This document shows, piece after piece, positions 17,379-26,377 of a stretch of 32,000 nt of DNA; position 1 is the first letter of the stretch, and each line of letters starts with the position of its first letter. Source of the stretch: Candidatus Heimdallarchaeota archaeon B3_Heim (lineage in GTDB: Archaea > Asgardarchaeota > Heimdallarchaeia > Hodarchaeales > Hodarchaeaceae); the NCBI GenBank assembly GCA_003144275.1, contig NJBF01000036.1:8570-40569 (forward strand), in the 5' to 3' direction. The translations under genes were made by a program, and so were the position numbers. Under the pieces are notes generated by a model, which had not been told where the DNA came from, made no database searches, and worked only from the letters and a program-made list of their open reading frames with translations.

Positions 17379-18512
17379 TTATTTCATCTTTTTATATATC
17401 TGTGAGGCTCTGTCTTTGTAGTGTTGTACTGCAGGTTGATCAAAGGGATTAGATCCCTTTAATTGACATAAACGAATCGTTACCGCCTGAAGAAAGCCTA
17501 CACATTGAGCTGTTTCTGCTATCGTATCTTTTTCAAGTTCTATTTGAAAAACTGGACCTGGAAAGGTATCCGCTACAGCCCGAGAAGTAAGGTTCAAATG
17601 TTGACCAGCTGTCCCTTTAATTCCAGGAACCAATTTTCTTAAATTTTTTGGATAATCTTCTTCAGCAAGATCATTAATATAGTTATTACATAAGATACTT
17701 ACAAGAAAAGAGTCATTAACGCCACCATACCATCGTTGAAGATCGGAATGTGCACTACGAGGCATTATATGCAAAGATGTGTCAAGAGTATCAATCGAAG
17801 TTTTTGGTACAGATTCATTTAGGAGTTGTGTAAATAATATCCCTAATCCTTCAGTGAAATGGCCAGAGGGAAGAATTTTTGCCTTACTTATCCCCGATTG
17901 TTCCAGATTCCAAAATTTTATAGCTGTTTGTTCTGCTAAGGACCCTTTCTTAAAAAACTGTTTATAACTCTTTTTTAAATTAGATAAAAATTCTTCTGGA
18001 TCAAGACCCATGGCAATCATTGGTACAATACCAAGTTCGTTTTGAATAGCAAAGCGTCCAGAAATATCATGTGTTACAGAGACTATAGACCATCCGAACT
18101 GGTTCGCTACTTCTAATAATGCCCCACCATTCGTTACAACGAGAGATTCGTAATCTAAAAGATAGGGGATAAAACTAAGCACTTCATTTGTAGTTCCCGA
18201 GCGAGAGCAGTATATAACCCGGGTATTTTTCTTATCAGACTCTAGAAATGTTTTCAAAATGTAAGGATCAGGGACTTCCAAGTGAGTCGTTGGAACTGCA
18301 GCGTGTGCTTTGAACACTAAAGGTTGTACCTGAGATCCTCCGATACCAACGATTCCTAAATGCGAATAGTCACCCAAGACATTAGGAATTTTCTTTTTCA
18401 ATTGTTTGGCTCGTGAGATAAATTCATCCATTTTCTTGACAAAATCAGGAATAAGAAAGGAATCCATCTCATGGGGAAGTTCTGCAACCTTCTCTGGTAT
18501 GGTGATTTTCAT
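17379..18512 (-). CDS. pgi: Glucose-6-phosphate isomerase, compact form
   Basis: GIGGS, SRSGTT, SGRF, QLLNES (catalytic Glu), AHSDLQ (His) and NPFDQPAVQHYK (Lys). Confidence 0.75.
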   Translation of the reverse strand: MKITIPEKVAELPHEMDSFLIPDFVKKMDEFISRAKQLKKKIPNVLGDYSHLGIVGIGGSQVQPLVFKAHAAVPTTHLEVPDPYILKTFLESDKKNTRVIYCSRSGTTNEVLSFIPYLLDYESLVVTNGGALLEVANQFGWSIVSVTHDISGRFAIQNELGIVPMIAMGLDPEEFLSNLKKSYKQFFKKGSLAEQTAIKFWNLEQSGISKAKILPSGHFTEGLGILFTQLLNESVPKTSIDTLDTSLHIMPRSAHSDLQRWYGGVNDSFLVSILCNNYINDLAEEDYPKNLRKLVPGIKGTAGQHLNLTSRAVADTFPGPVFQIELEKDTIAETAQCVGFLQAVTIRLCQLKGSNPFDQPAVQHYKDRASQIYKKMK

Positions 18513-18609
18513 GATTATTCACTTTAATTCTTTGAAGAGAAATTAGTGATTTTATCATTTTGCCTAATATAAGAGTCAATTCGTAATGAAGTGAAAATCT
18601 AGAATTTTT

Positions 18610-19167
18610 TTATTGAGGAATTTGCCTTCTTTTAATTAATTCTTTCACTATAATAACAACAGAGACCATTGAAATACCTATAATCGTTATAATTAGTAAT
18701 AATTTGATTAAATCCTCGGTAGGATCAATGAAAGATGATTCATATGAATAACCTGCATTTTTCCAGGCATTAAACCCTTCTAGCATATTATAAACCAAAG
18801 TATAGTTTAAATCTATCAATGAATTTGATGCAATCACCGATCTTGATCCTGACCTACAATACACCAGAAGGGGTTGAGTTTTATTTTCTGGGAGTTTGTT
18901 TTGTCTAAAAGCTATTTCCTCATGCGGGATTAAGTGAGCATAAGTTATATGACCAATTGCATATTCTTCTTTAGTTCGCACATCCAAGATATATAGACTA
19001 CTCATATTATCTATTAAATTGTAGGCTTCAGAAACCGAGATATCATTGTAGCTATTGATTGTCTTGGCCTGAGTTTCCAATTCATTAGCCGATGAATATG
19101 GGGAAATGAGAAGGAGTATCACGAGCGAACAAAGGGATGATTTTTTTTGCGATTTTTTCACACTCAT
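18610..19167 (-). CDS. Rhodanese-domain protein with signal peptide and C-terminal TM anchor
   Basis: LDVRTKEEY..GHI, active-site loop CRSGSRS and LEGFNAWKNAG; hydrophobic N- and C-terminal segments. Confidence 0.85.
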   Translation of the reverse strand: MSVKKSQKKSSLCSLVILLLISPYSSANELETQAKTINSYNDISVSEAYNLIDNMSSLYILDVRTKEEYAIGHITYAHLIPHEEIAFRQNKLPENKTQPLLVYCRSGSRSVIASNSLIDLNYTLVYNMLEGFNAWKNAGYSYESSFIDPTEDLIKLLLIITIIGISMVSVVIIVKELIKRRQIPQ

Positions 19168-19249
19168 TAGTACTCAAAAATCAAGTCTGAATTATTAAAC
19201 AAGACGAAACATCAGACATTTAATATGAATAAATAGATTTTTCCTTATG

Positions 19250-19555
19250 CTATCCATCTAAATTTAATTTTATAGCATCTTCAGGACAAATCTCTACACA
19301 TCGATTGCAATTATAACATTCCCCTTTTTTACTATTAGATGCTGCTTCTTGAGTTGGACAAATTTTTTCACAAAGTCCACACTCGGTACAATCTTCAGTC
19401 CGTTGATATGTGTTCTTAGCAAATCGACTTAAAAGATCTGACCCTGCTCCAAATGGGTCTTTAAAAGTGTTGAATAGTCCTGCTGGAAATGTTACCGCTT
19501 CATCGTAAAAAAAAAAGCAATCCCAGTGAGAAATAAGTCTAAAAGAAAAACTAGA
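19250..19555 (-). pseudogene. Start-less 2x[4Fe-4S] dicluster fragment (NapH/YccM-like C-terminus)
   Basis: Not in the ORF track. The open frame encodes DPFGAGSDLLSRFAK...CTECGLCEKICP...CYNCNRCVEICPEDAI and contains no in-frame ATG/GTG/TTG before the Cys motifs. A T10 run lies at 19507-19516. Confidence 0.7.
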
Positions 19556-19558
19556 TTA

Positions 19559-20311
19559 TTAGCTACTAGATTGATATCTGTGACGCCAAATTCCGAAGCT
19601 TTGGAACAGAAAACATGCCAATAGACTATAGACAACTAGTTTCTGCATGCTTACTCTTATCAACAGGTCTTCATAAGTCACTATCTTGGGAATCAGAAAA
19701 AACAACCCGCCATAAGCTAGAACTATCAATATAAGTATTAGATATGTGATGGTATATACTTTTGAAAATTTCTGATCTCTTATTGTCAGTATAAGTAATA
19801 TGCCTAATACTATTGAGACAAGTGTGAATCCAGTCACCACTAATGAATCGTGAATAATTGTTACTAAGTTTGCGGGGGTGAAAGCAATCCCGATAAAAGC
19901 AATTGCTGCAACAGTCCCAATTTTTGCCACTATCTTACTCAATTTTTGCTCTTCTTCTGTAGAATTAAAAATTTCTGGAATAAATCGAAAGTAGCTAAGA
20001 AAGGTAAGCCCCAATCCCACAAGAGCTACAATAAACAAGATTACAGATATTAAATTCCCCTTCCCTGAGTACGCCACAGTCCTACCTAAATCACTAAAGA
20101 AATTAGTAAAAAAACTATATCCCTGAGCTGTTTCATCAATTCTTGTACCACCTGTATAGAAAATCATGGCTATAAAGGTTAAAATAATAAATTGAAGCGT
20201 TCCTATAAACACTAGGGGAAGCGTATGTTCTTTTTTGAGATACAACTTTCTACCTCTTGTGTAGCGTTTGCCTAAAGTCTTTTTTATATAATTGGAATGG
20301 GTAAACACCAA
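19559..20311 (-). CDS. DUF998-like polytopic membrane protein
   Basis: Y.GG......GYSFF.NFFSDLG motif followed by several TM helices. Confidence 0.6.
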   Translation of the reverse strand: MVFTHSNYIKKTLGKRYTRGRKLYLKKEHTLPLVFIGTLQFIILTFIAMIFYTGGTRIDETAQGYSFFTNFFSDLGRTVAYSGKGNLISVILFIVALVGLGLTFLSYFRFIPEIFNSTEEEQKLSKIVAKIGTVAAIAFIGIAFTPANLVTIIHDSLVVTGFTLVSIVLGILLILTIRDQKFSKVYTITYLILILIVLAYGGLFFLIPKIVTYEDLLIRVSMQKLVVYSLLACFLFQSFGIWRHRYQSSS

Positions 20312-20378
20312 CAGATTAAATTGTATATTACTATCTCACATATTCTCCAAGACAACCTAGCTCTAAAATCTTACTGAA

Positions 20379-21197
20379 ATGTACTCTAATAGAAATTATG
20401 GAAATTTACTAATGGTTGGTAGATGGTTAGAAACTGATTTCATTGATACTCATTATAATCTCGCTTTAGAGCAAGCAATTCTATATCTTCAGCCTCACAA
20501 TGAATTTTCTGCAACAGTTAGGTTCTGGACTAATCCAAAAGCTGTTATTCTGGGACGAAGTCAACAGATTGAGGAGGAAATAAACATTGCATATTGCTCG
20601 GAGAACAATATTATAACTGGGCGACGTATTTCTGGAGGAGGTACTGTTTTCCTTGATTCAGGTACTCTAAACATATCCATTTTCCTCCCAAGAAGACTAT
20701 TATTTCCTAGGGCCCGACATACCAGATCTATATCGAAATATTTTTCGGAACGTATTGTTGAGTGTCTAGAAGCTGAATTGGGTATAAATAAATTTGTTAT
20801 TTACCAAGATACGTCAATTCTGTTCAATCAAAAGAAAATATCAGGTTCAGCAGGATATTTCCGTAGTTCTTGGTTCCTACACCACTTAACTCTTCTCCTT
20901 CAGACGAATTTATCTCATTTGGATCAGGCTCTTCTGGCAGGAAAAGAACAATATAGCAGTAAGAGACCTAGTAGTTTTTTCCCTACGGCGAATTTACCTC
21001 CTTTGTCAAAAACTAAATTGATAAAGAGATTTATCAAACAGTTAGAGGAAGAATTCTCTCATGCTTTTAATAAATACCCGATTACTGAGTCAGAAAAAAA
21101 TCTAGCAAGACGTTTGACAAATAAAATGTATTCGCAGAGCTCATGGATTTGGGACAAAAAAAGGGGATTGATAGAACAGGAATTTTCTTCTTCGTAA
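20379..21197 (+). CDS. lplA: Lipoate-protein ligase A family, catalytic domain only
   Basis: N.ALEQAIL, VILGRSQ, RRISGGGTVFLD and KKISGSA motifs; convergent with the 2-oxoacid dehydrogenase operon. Confidence 0.85.
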   Translation: MYSNRNYGNLLMVGRWLETDFIDTHYNLALEQAILYLQPHNEFSATVRFWTNPKAVILGRSQQIEEEINIAYCSENNIITGRRISGGGTVFLDSGTLNISIFLPRRLLFPRARHTRSISKYFSERIVECLEAELGINKFVIYQDTSILFNQKKISGSAGYFRSSWFLHHLTLLLQTNLSHLDQALLAGKEQYSSKRPSSFFPTANLPPLSKTKLIKRFIKQLEEEFSHAFNKYPITESEKNLARRLTNKMYSQSSWIWDKKRGLIEQEFSSS

Positions 21198-21205
21198 TTT
21201 ACATC

Positions 21206-22633
21206 TCATTTTTTCGCTTTAACAAGTGTCACTTGATGAATGGCCTTATTAAGAGCCGCATCAGCAGCTTCCATAATCATTTCAGGTAACGTAGGATGAG
21301 GATGAACGGTAAGGCTTAAATCTTCAACGGTTGCACCCATTTCAAGAGCTAATGCGACTTCAGAAATGAGATCTGACGCATCAGGGCCAATGATTTGAAC
21401 TCCTAATAATTGATTTGTGGTTTTATCAGCAATCACTTTAACATAACCATCTTCAGCTAAGTGTGTCATCGCTCTTGCTGATGTTCCAAAAGCGGCTCTA
21501 CCTGTAATAACATCAAAACCAGCTTGTTTGGCTTGTGTTTCAGATAATCCTGCGTACGATACTTCAGGTTCTGTAAAAATTGCTATAGGTATTGTCTGAA
21601 AATCACTTTCAGAGGGTAAGCCAGCAATAACTTCAGCAGCGACGATTCCTTGTTTTGTAGCACGATGAGCTAAAAATGGGGGACCTGTACAATCACCAAC
21701 GGCATACACTCCTGAGGTAGAAGTTTGTTGTTTTTCATTGACGATTAGATAACCCTTCTCATCTAATTGAATATTGAGTACTGAAAGATCAAGATCTTCA
21801 GTTTGAGCCTTTTTACCTATTGCAAGAAGTATTTTATCTGCAGATAATTCTTGAGCTCCTTTCTTTGTTTTGATCTTGATATTAATTTTACCATTCTTCT
21901 TAACTGTATAATCTGTCGCCACAGTTGAAGTATAAATTGTGATCCCAAGCTGTTTTGCCTTCATACCTAACAAACGTTTGATAGGAGTATCGACTCCAGG
22001 CAGAATTTCAGGAAGCAATTCAATAATACTCACAGAAGTTCCAAGTTTAGCAAACAACGTTCCTAATTCGATACCGATCACTCCTCCACCTATAATAGCT
22101 AATTCTTGAGGAACCTCCTTAAGTGATAATAATCCCTTGGCACTCAAGATTGCCTGTTCATCTATTTTAAATTTTGGGAGCGAGATAAACGCCGATCCAG
22201 TAGCAAGTATTGCATCTTTGTATTTTATACAGATTTGAGATTCATCTTCTAGTATAACCTTTACTATTCCAGGTGTTTCGAAATGTGCAGTCCCTTTAAT
22301 AGTAGTTACACCATTCCCCTTTAACAATTGTTTGATTCCTTTTATCAGCTTATTTTGAATTCCCATTTTCCATTCTTGGAGAATTGAAAAATCTAATTTC
22401 GCTCCTTCTACAGTGATACCCATTTTCGGGGCATCATGGCTGATTTTGTGAAAGAACGAAGCAGCCGAAATTAATGCTTTACTTGGAATACAGCCCCAAT
22501 TCAAACATTCTCCACCAATGAACCCTTTTTCAACAAGAATAACCTTCATCCCCATTTGGGCAGCACGAATGGCTGCTGGATACCCTCCTGGGCCCGCACC
22601 AATGACTAAAACCTCTGTTTCCTTAGTTTCCAT
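21206..22633 (-). CDS. lpdA: Dihydrolipoamide dehydrogenase (E3)
   Basis: GAGPGG, GGECLNWGCIPSK redox disulfide, GGGVIG and HPHPTLPE. Confidence 0.97.
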   Translation of the reverse strand: METKETEVLVIGAGPGGYPAAIRAAQMGMKVILVEKGFIGGECLNWGCIPSKALISAASFFHKISHDAPKMGITVEGAKLDFSILQEWKMGIQNKLIKGIKQLLKGNGVTTIKGTAHFETPGIVKVILEDESQICIKYKDAILATGSAFISLPKFKIDEQAILSAKGLLSLKEVPQELAIIGGGVIGIELGTLFAKLGTSVSIIELLPEILPGVDTPIKRLLGMKAKQLGITIYTSTVATDYTVKKNGKINIKIKTKKGAQELSADKILLAIGKKAQTEDLDLSVLNIQLDEKGYLIVNEKQQTSTSGVYAVGDCTGPPFLAHRATKQGIVAAEVIAGLPSESDFQTIPIAIFTEPEVSYAGLSETQAKQAGFDVITGRAAFGTSARAMTHLAEDGYVKVIADKTTNQLLGVQIIGPDASDLISEVALALEMGATVEDLSLTVHPHPTLPEMIMEAADAALNKAIHQVTLVKAKK

Positions 22634-23899
22634 TTAAAATTCCTCATTAAGTAATAATAACGCTGGATTTTCCATATATCTAGTTAATTCATTTGTAAAC
22701 ATCGCTCCAACCGCCCCGTCAATTACTCTATGATCAATGGTTAAAGAAAGCATCATTACACGACGAATAGCGATTTCTGGGCTTCCATTTTGTTCAATCA
22801 CAACTGGTCGTAGCTTACTACGCATTAAACCAAGAATTGCTACTTCAGGCCATTTAATAATTGGTGTAGCTGCAAAACCACCGATATTCCCGATAGATGT
22901 AACAGTAAATGTCCCTCCAGTCACTTCTTCAAGAGTTAATACCCCCTGACGTGCCTTTTCTGCCAGTTCCACGATTTCTTGGGATATTTCCCAGAAACTT
23001 TTTTGATCTGCATTTTTAATAACAGGCACTACCAACCCATCATCAGTACTTACGGCAATTCCAATGTTAATCGATCCTTTCAGAATTATCTCCCTTTGCT
23101 CGTCATCTAGTGAAGAGTTAAAAAATGGGAACTTGCGCAATGCGGGAATTAAGCATTTGATAACCAACGGAATGTAACTCAATTTAACCCCGTATTTTTC
23201 TCCAAGAGGCTTGGCTTCTTGACGTATCGCTTCCAACGCCGTTATATCGACTTCTTCAAAATATGTATAATGAGCTGCGGTATCCTTAGATTTTCGCATT
23301 GCTTTCGATATGTTTCGACGCAATCCTCGTAATGGAATTCTTTGGTCCTCTTTAGATACATGAAGACTTTTAGTCTTCGATGATGGTATACCAGATGAAT
23401 TTTTATCGACATAAGAATTAAAATTCTCTCTCGTAATTCTCCCTGCAGGACCAGTTGCTGGGATTTCTCGCAAATCTATTTCTTGTTCCCGCGCTTGTCT
23501 CCTTATGGAGGGAGCAGCTAGAGGTTTTTTCATTTTAGATACAGATACGAGTTTTGTCGTACTTATTTGCTTAAAAGGGGATGCAGCAGTGAATAGAGAA
23601 TCATCTTTTTCCTCTTCTTTATCGCTTGTTGTAGGAACTTTTGATCTTGTGGGATCTTTCTGCATGATATCTATTTTTACTAAGATATTTCCTACTTTGA
23701 TGATATCTCCTTCTTGAAATTCGAGAGATAAAATTTCACCATCTACAGGTGATGTCAATTCTACTGTTACCTTTTCAGTCATTACATCAACTAGCAATTG
23801 TTCATTCTGGACAATGTCGCCAACAGCAACATGCCATTGAAGTATTTCCCCTTCATGTACACCTTCTCCTGGATCAGCAAATTTGAATTCGTATACCAT
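22634..23899 (-). CDS. 2-oxoacid dehydrogenase E2 (dihydrolipoamide acyltransferase), single lipoyl domain
   Basis: Lipoyl domain VMTEKVTVE, E3-binding AAPSIRR...GPAGRIT and catalytic DHRVIDG. Confidence 0.95.
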   Translation of the reverse strand: MVYEFKFADPGEGVHEGEILQWHVAVGDIVQNEQLLVDVMTEKVTVELTSPVDGEILSLEFQEGDIIKVGNILVKIDIMQKDPTRSKVPTTSDKEEEKDDSLFTAASPFKQISTTKLVSVSKMKKPLAAPSIRRQAREQEIDLREIPATGPAGRITRENFNSYVDKNSSGIPSSKTKSLHVSKEDQRIPLRGLRRNISKAMRKSKDTAAHYTYFEEVDITALEAIRQEAKPLGEKYGVKLSYIPLVIKCLIPALRKFPFFNSSLDDEQREIILKGSINIGIAVSTDDGLVVPVIKNADQKSFWEISQEIVELAEKARQGVLTLEEVTGGTFTVTSIGNIGGFAATPIIKWPEVAILGLMRSKLRPVVIEQNGSPEIAIRRVMMLSLTIDHRVIDGAVGAMFTNELTRYMENPALLLLNEEF

Positions 23900-23919
23900 T
23901 ATTTCTCACTCCGATTTTT

Positions 23920-24897
23920 TCAGAAATTATAAACTTTTTCTATCGTGTCCAAAGTTCTTTTGGCCGATGGTAGATACTCTTGTTCTAGTGAAAGAGGAAA
24001 CGGAGTATCATATCCAGTAACCCGCATTATTGGCCCTTCCATATATTCTATCCATCTTTCTGCAACGATTGCAGACAATTCTGCGCTAAAACCGCTGGTC
24101 TTTGGCGATTCAGTAATAGATATCATACGACCAGTTTTCTTAACAGAATTTTCGATTGCTATAATATCTAGTGGAACCAAGGTTCGTAAATCTATTACTT
24201 CACATTCTATCTTCTGGTTTTTTGAAGCTAGCTCTGCTGCTTCTAATGCAACATGGAGCATTGCACCATACGCTAAAATTGTGACGTCTTCCCCTTCACG
24301 AGCAATTCTTGCTTTTCCCAATGGGATAGTATAATCACCTGATGGCACCTCTTCCTTGAAAGCCCGGTATAATCGCTTGGGCTCAAGAAAAAGAATAGGA
24401 TCTTGTTCTCGCATAGCTGATGTCAGTAAACCTTTTGTCTCATAGGGGGAACTGGGAATTACAACTTTTAATCCAGGTGTATGAGTAAAATACGCTTCTG
24501 GTGATTGGCTGTGATAATGAGCACCTCTAACACCACCCCCGTACGGCGAACGAATAACCAGAGGGCTGGTAAACATTCCTCCACTTCGATATCGAAATTT
24601 GGCTGCTTCCGATATTAATTGGTCAAATCCTGGATATATGAAATCTACAAATTGTATCTCCGCAACTGGCTTCAATCCCATTAGGGCCATCCCAATGGCA
24701 AATCCAATAATACCATTTTCAGATAGGGGTGTATCTAAAACTCTTTGTGGACCATATTTCTCCAATAGTCCTTGAGTAGCACGAAAAACTCCTCCATTCG
24801 GACCAACATCCTCTCCCAGCACAATTAGTTTGTCATTCCGATCCAATTCTTCTTCAAGTGCAAGTCGAACTGATTCAACAAGTGTAAGTTCTGGCAT
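23920..24897 (-). CDS. 2-oxoacid dehydrogenase E1 beta subunit
   Basis: GEDVG..GGVFRATQGL, DTPLSE.GI.G, EIQF.DF and HSQSPEA. GGAGGAG SD places the start at 24897 or 24900 rather than 24954. Confidence 0.95.
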   Translation of the reverse strand: MPELTLVESVRLALEEELDRNDKLIVLGEDVGPNGGVFRATQGLLEKYGPQRVLDTPLSENGIIGFAIGMALMGLKPVAEIQFVDFIYPGFDQLISEAAKFRYRSGGMFTSPLVIRSPYGGGVRGAHYHSQSPEAYFTHTPGLKVVIPSSPYETKGLLTSAMREQDPILFLEPKRLYRAFKEEVPSGDYTIPLGKARIAREGEDVTILAYGAMLHVALEAAELASKNQKIECEVIDLRTLVPLDIIAIENSVKKTGRMISITESPKTSGFSAELSAIVAERWIEYMEGPIMRVTGYDTPFPLSLEQEYLPSAKRTLDTIEKVYNF

Positions 24898-25997
24898 CAT
24901 ATACTCCTCCTCTGCAAAGAAGCAATTTCGTCTAATTGCTCTTTTAGATGCCATGGAAGGTCACTATAAACATCCGAAAAAAGAGTTTCTAAGGCTGGAG
25001 GCCTATATTCTTCTGCTTTGGCAATTAAAGTGTTGATTTCTATATCAAAAGAAGATCGAATCTTGTTTGTTTGGCCATTCTTAAGGAATTTCTTCGAAAT
25101 TAAATATTTTTCAAATCGTTTTATCGGATCTAGTTTCAACCATTTCTCAAGATCTTTCTTTGGACGATATCGAGTAGGATCATCCGAAGATGTATGGGGA
25201 CCTGCGCGGTACGTAACAGCTTCAATAAAAGTAGGCCCTTCTCCAGCCCTAGCACGCTTGGCTGCTTCGAATACTGCATGATAGACAGCAAGAATATCAT
25301 TCCCATCTATTTGGATTCCTGGTAATCCATATCCTTTAGCTTTATCTGCGAGAGAAGCTGCACCAGTCTGCTTTGATAGAGGAACTGAGATAGCCCAATG
25401 ATTGTTCTGACAAAAAAAGATCGTTGGTGTCTTAAATACTGCACCAAAATTTAATCCAGAGTGAAAATCACTTGAAGATGTCGCTCCATCGCCAAAAAAG
25501 ACAATATTAACGATTTTTTCTTTTAAGTACTTATATGCGAATCCTGCTCCAGCTGCTTGGATTATTTGTGTACCAATGGGCGCTGAAGGATTGACATATC
25601 GATATTTTTTGGATCCAAAGAGTCCAGGTAATCTTCGACCTTTTTGGGGATCTTTTTCATTAATGAACCAGTGATTTACCAGATCAACTAAAGGAAACCC
25701 GCGGTAAAATGCCATTCCAGGTTCACGATATGCAGGGAAAATCCAATCTTCTGAATTTAATGCCGCAACAGCTCCTATCTGAGTCGCCTCTTGTCCTGTA
25801 CTTGGAATACTAAAGCTAATTCTTCCTTGACGCTGCAAACGCATACCTTTTTCATCTAAAAGACGAACAAGGATCATATATTCAAACATCTTCACCAATT
25901 TTCTTTCGGGAATATTAGGCTCGAGCTCAGGATGATTATTTCCCGAGGAATCTAAGATTTGCAACATACTCACGGTAGTATCCCTCATGATGTACAT
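24897..25997 (-). CDS. 2-oxoacid dehydrogenase E1 alpha subunit (pyruvate or branched-chain)
   Basis: QRQGRISF, GQEA, YRE, ThDP motif GDGATS...NN and YRAGPHTSSDDP. Confidence 0.95.
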   Translation of the reverse strand: MYIMRDTTVSMLQILDSSGNNHPELEPNIPERKLVKMFEYMILVRLLDEKGMRLQRQGRISFSIPSTGQEATQIGAVAALNSEDWIFPAYREPGMAFYRGFPLVDLVNHWFINEKDPQKGRRLPGLFGSKKYRYVNPSAPIGTQIIQAAGAGFAYKYLKEKIVNIVFFGDGATSSSDFHSGLNFGAVFKTPTIFFCQNNHWAISVPLSKQTGAASLADKAKGYGLPGIQIDGNDILAVYHAVFEAAKRARAGEGPTFIEAVTYRAGPHTSSDDPTRYRPKKDLEKWLKLDPIKRFEKYLISKKFLKNGQTNKIRSSFDIEINTLIAKAEEYRPPALETLFSDVYSDLPWHLKEQLDEIASLQRRSI

Positions 25998-26155
25998 CTT
26001 AACGATAGTTAATATCTCTTCATGGGTGGTTTTCGTAAAAAGAAGGCACGGTAGACCAAGTTTTTCTTTTTCGTAATCAAAAAAACTTAAACAAATGACC
26101 GAGCTCTTTTATTTGGTAAATGGAGTGTCAATCCCTTTACAATGTTAATTGATTC

Positions 26156-26368
26156 GTGTATCTAAAGTTTGGTGACCTTGTTTTGGTTCATACGGAAAAG
26201 AATGAAGCTCAAAGGACTGATTCAGCTATTTTAGAAAGATTTTCAAGTGAAGAACTTTGGATTCTATTTGTAAAAAAGAAATGTCAAGAGTGTAACCTAC
26301 CTGTAGATAAATGCAATGTACTTAAAGCACGAGAATGCTACGATGAGTGGTTCCAGAGTTGCGATTAG
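26156..26368 (+). CDS. Small Cys-rich hypothetical protein
   Basis: 70-aa ORF with CQEC..x5..C..x7..C..x7..C at the C-terminus; it fills the gap between divergent and convergent neighbours. Confidence 0.4.
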   Translation: MYLKFGDLVLVHTEKNEAQRTDSAILERFSSEELWILFVKKKCQECNLPVDKCNVLKARECYDEWFQSCD

Positions 26369-26377
26369 GGTTGAGAG

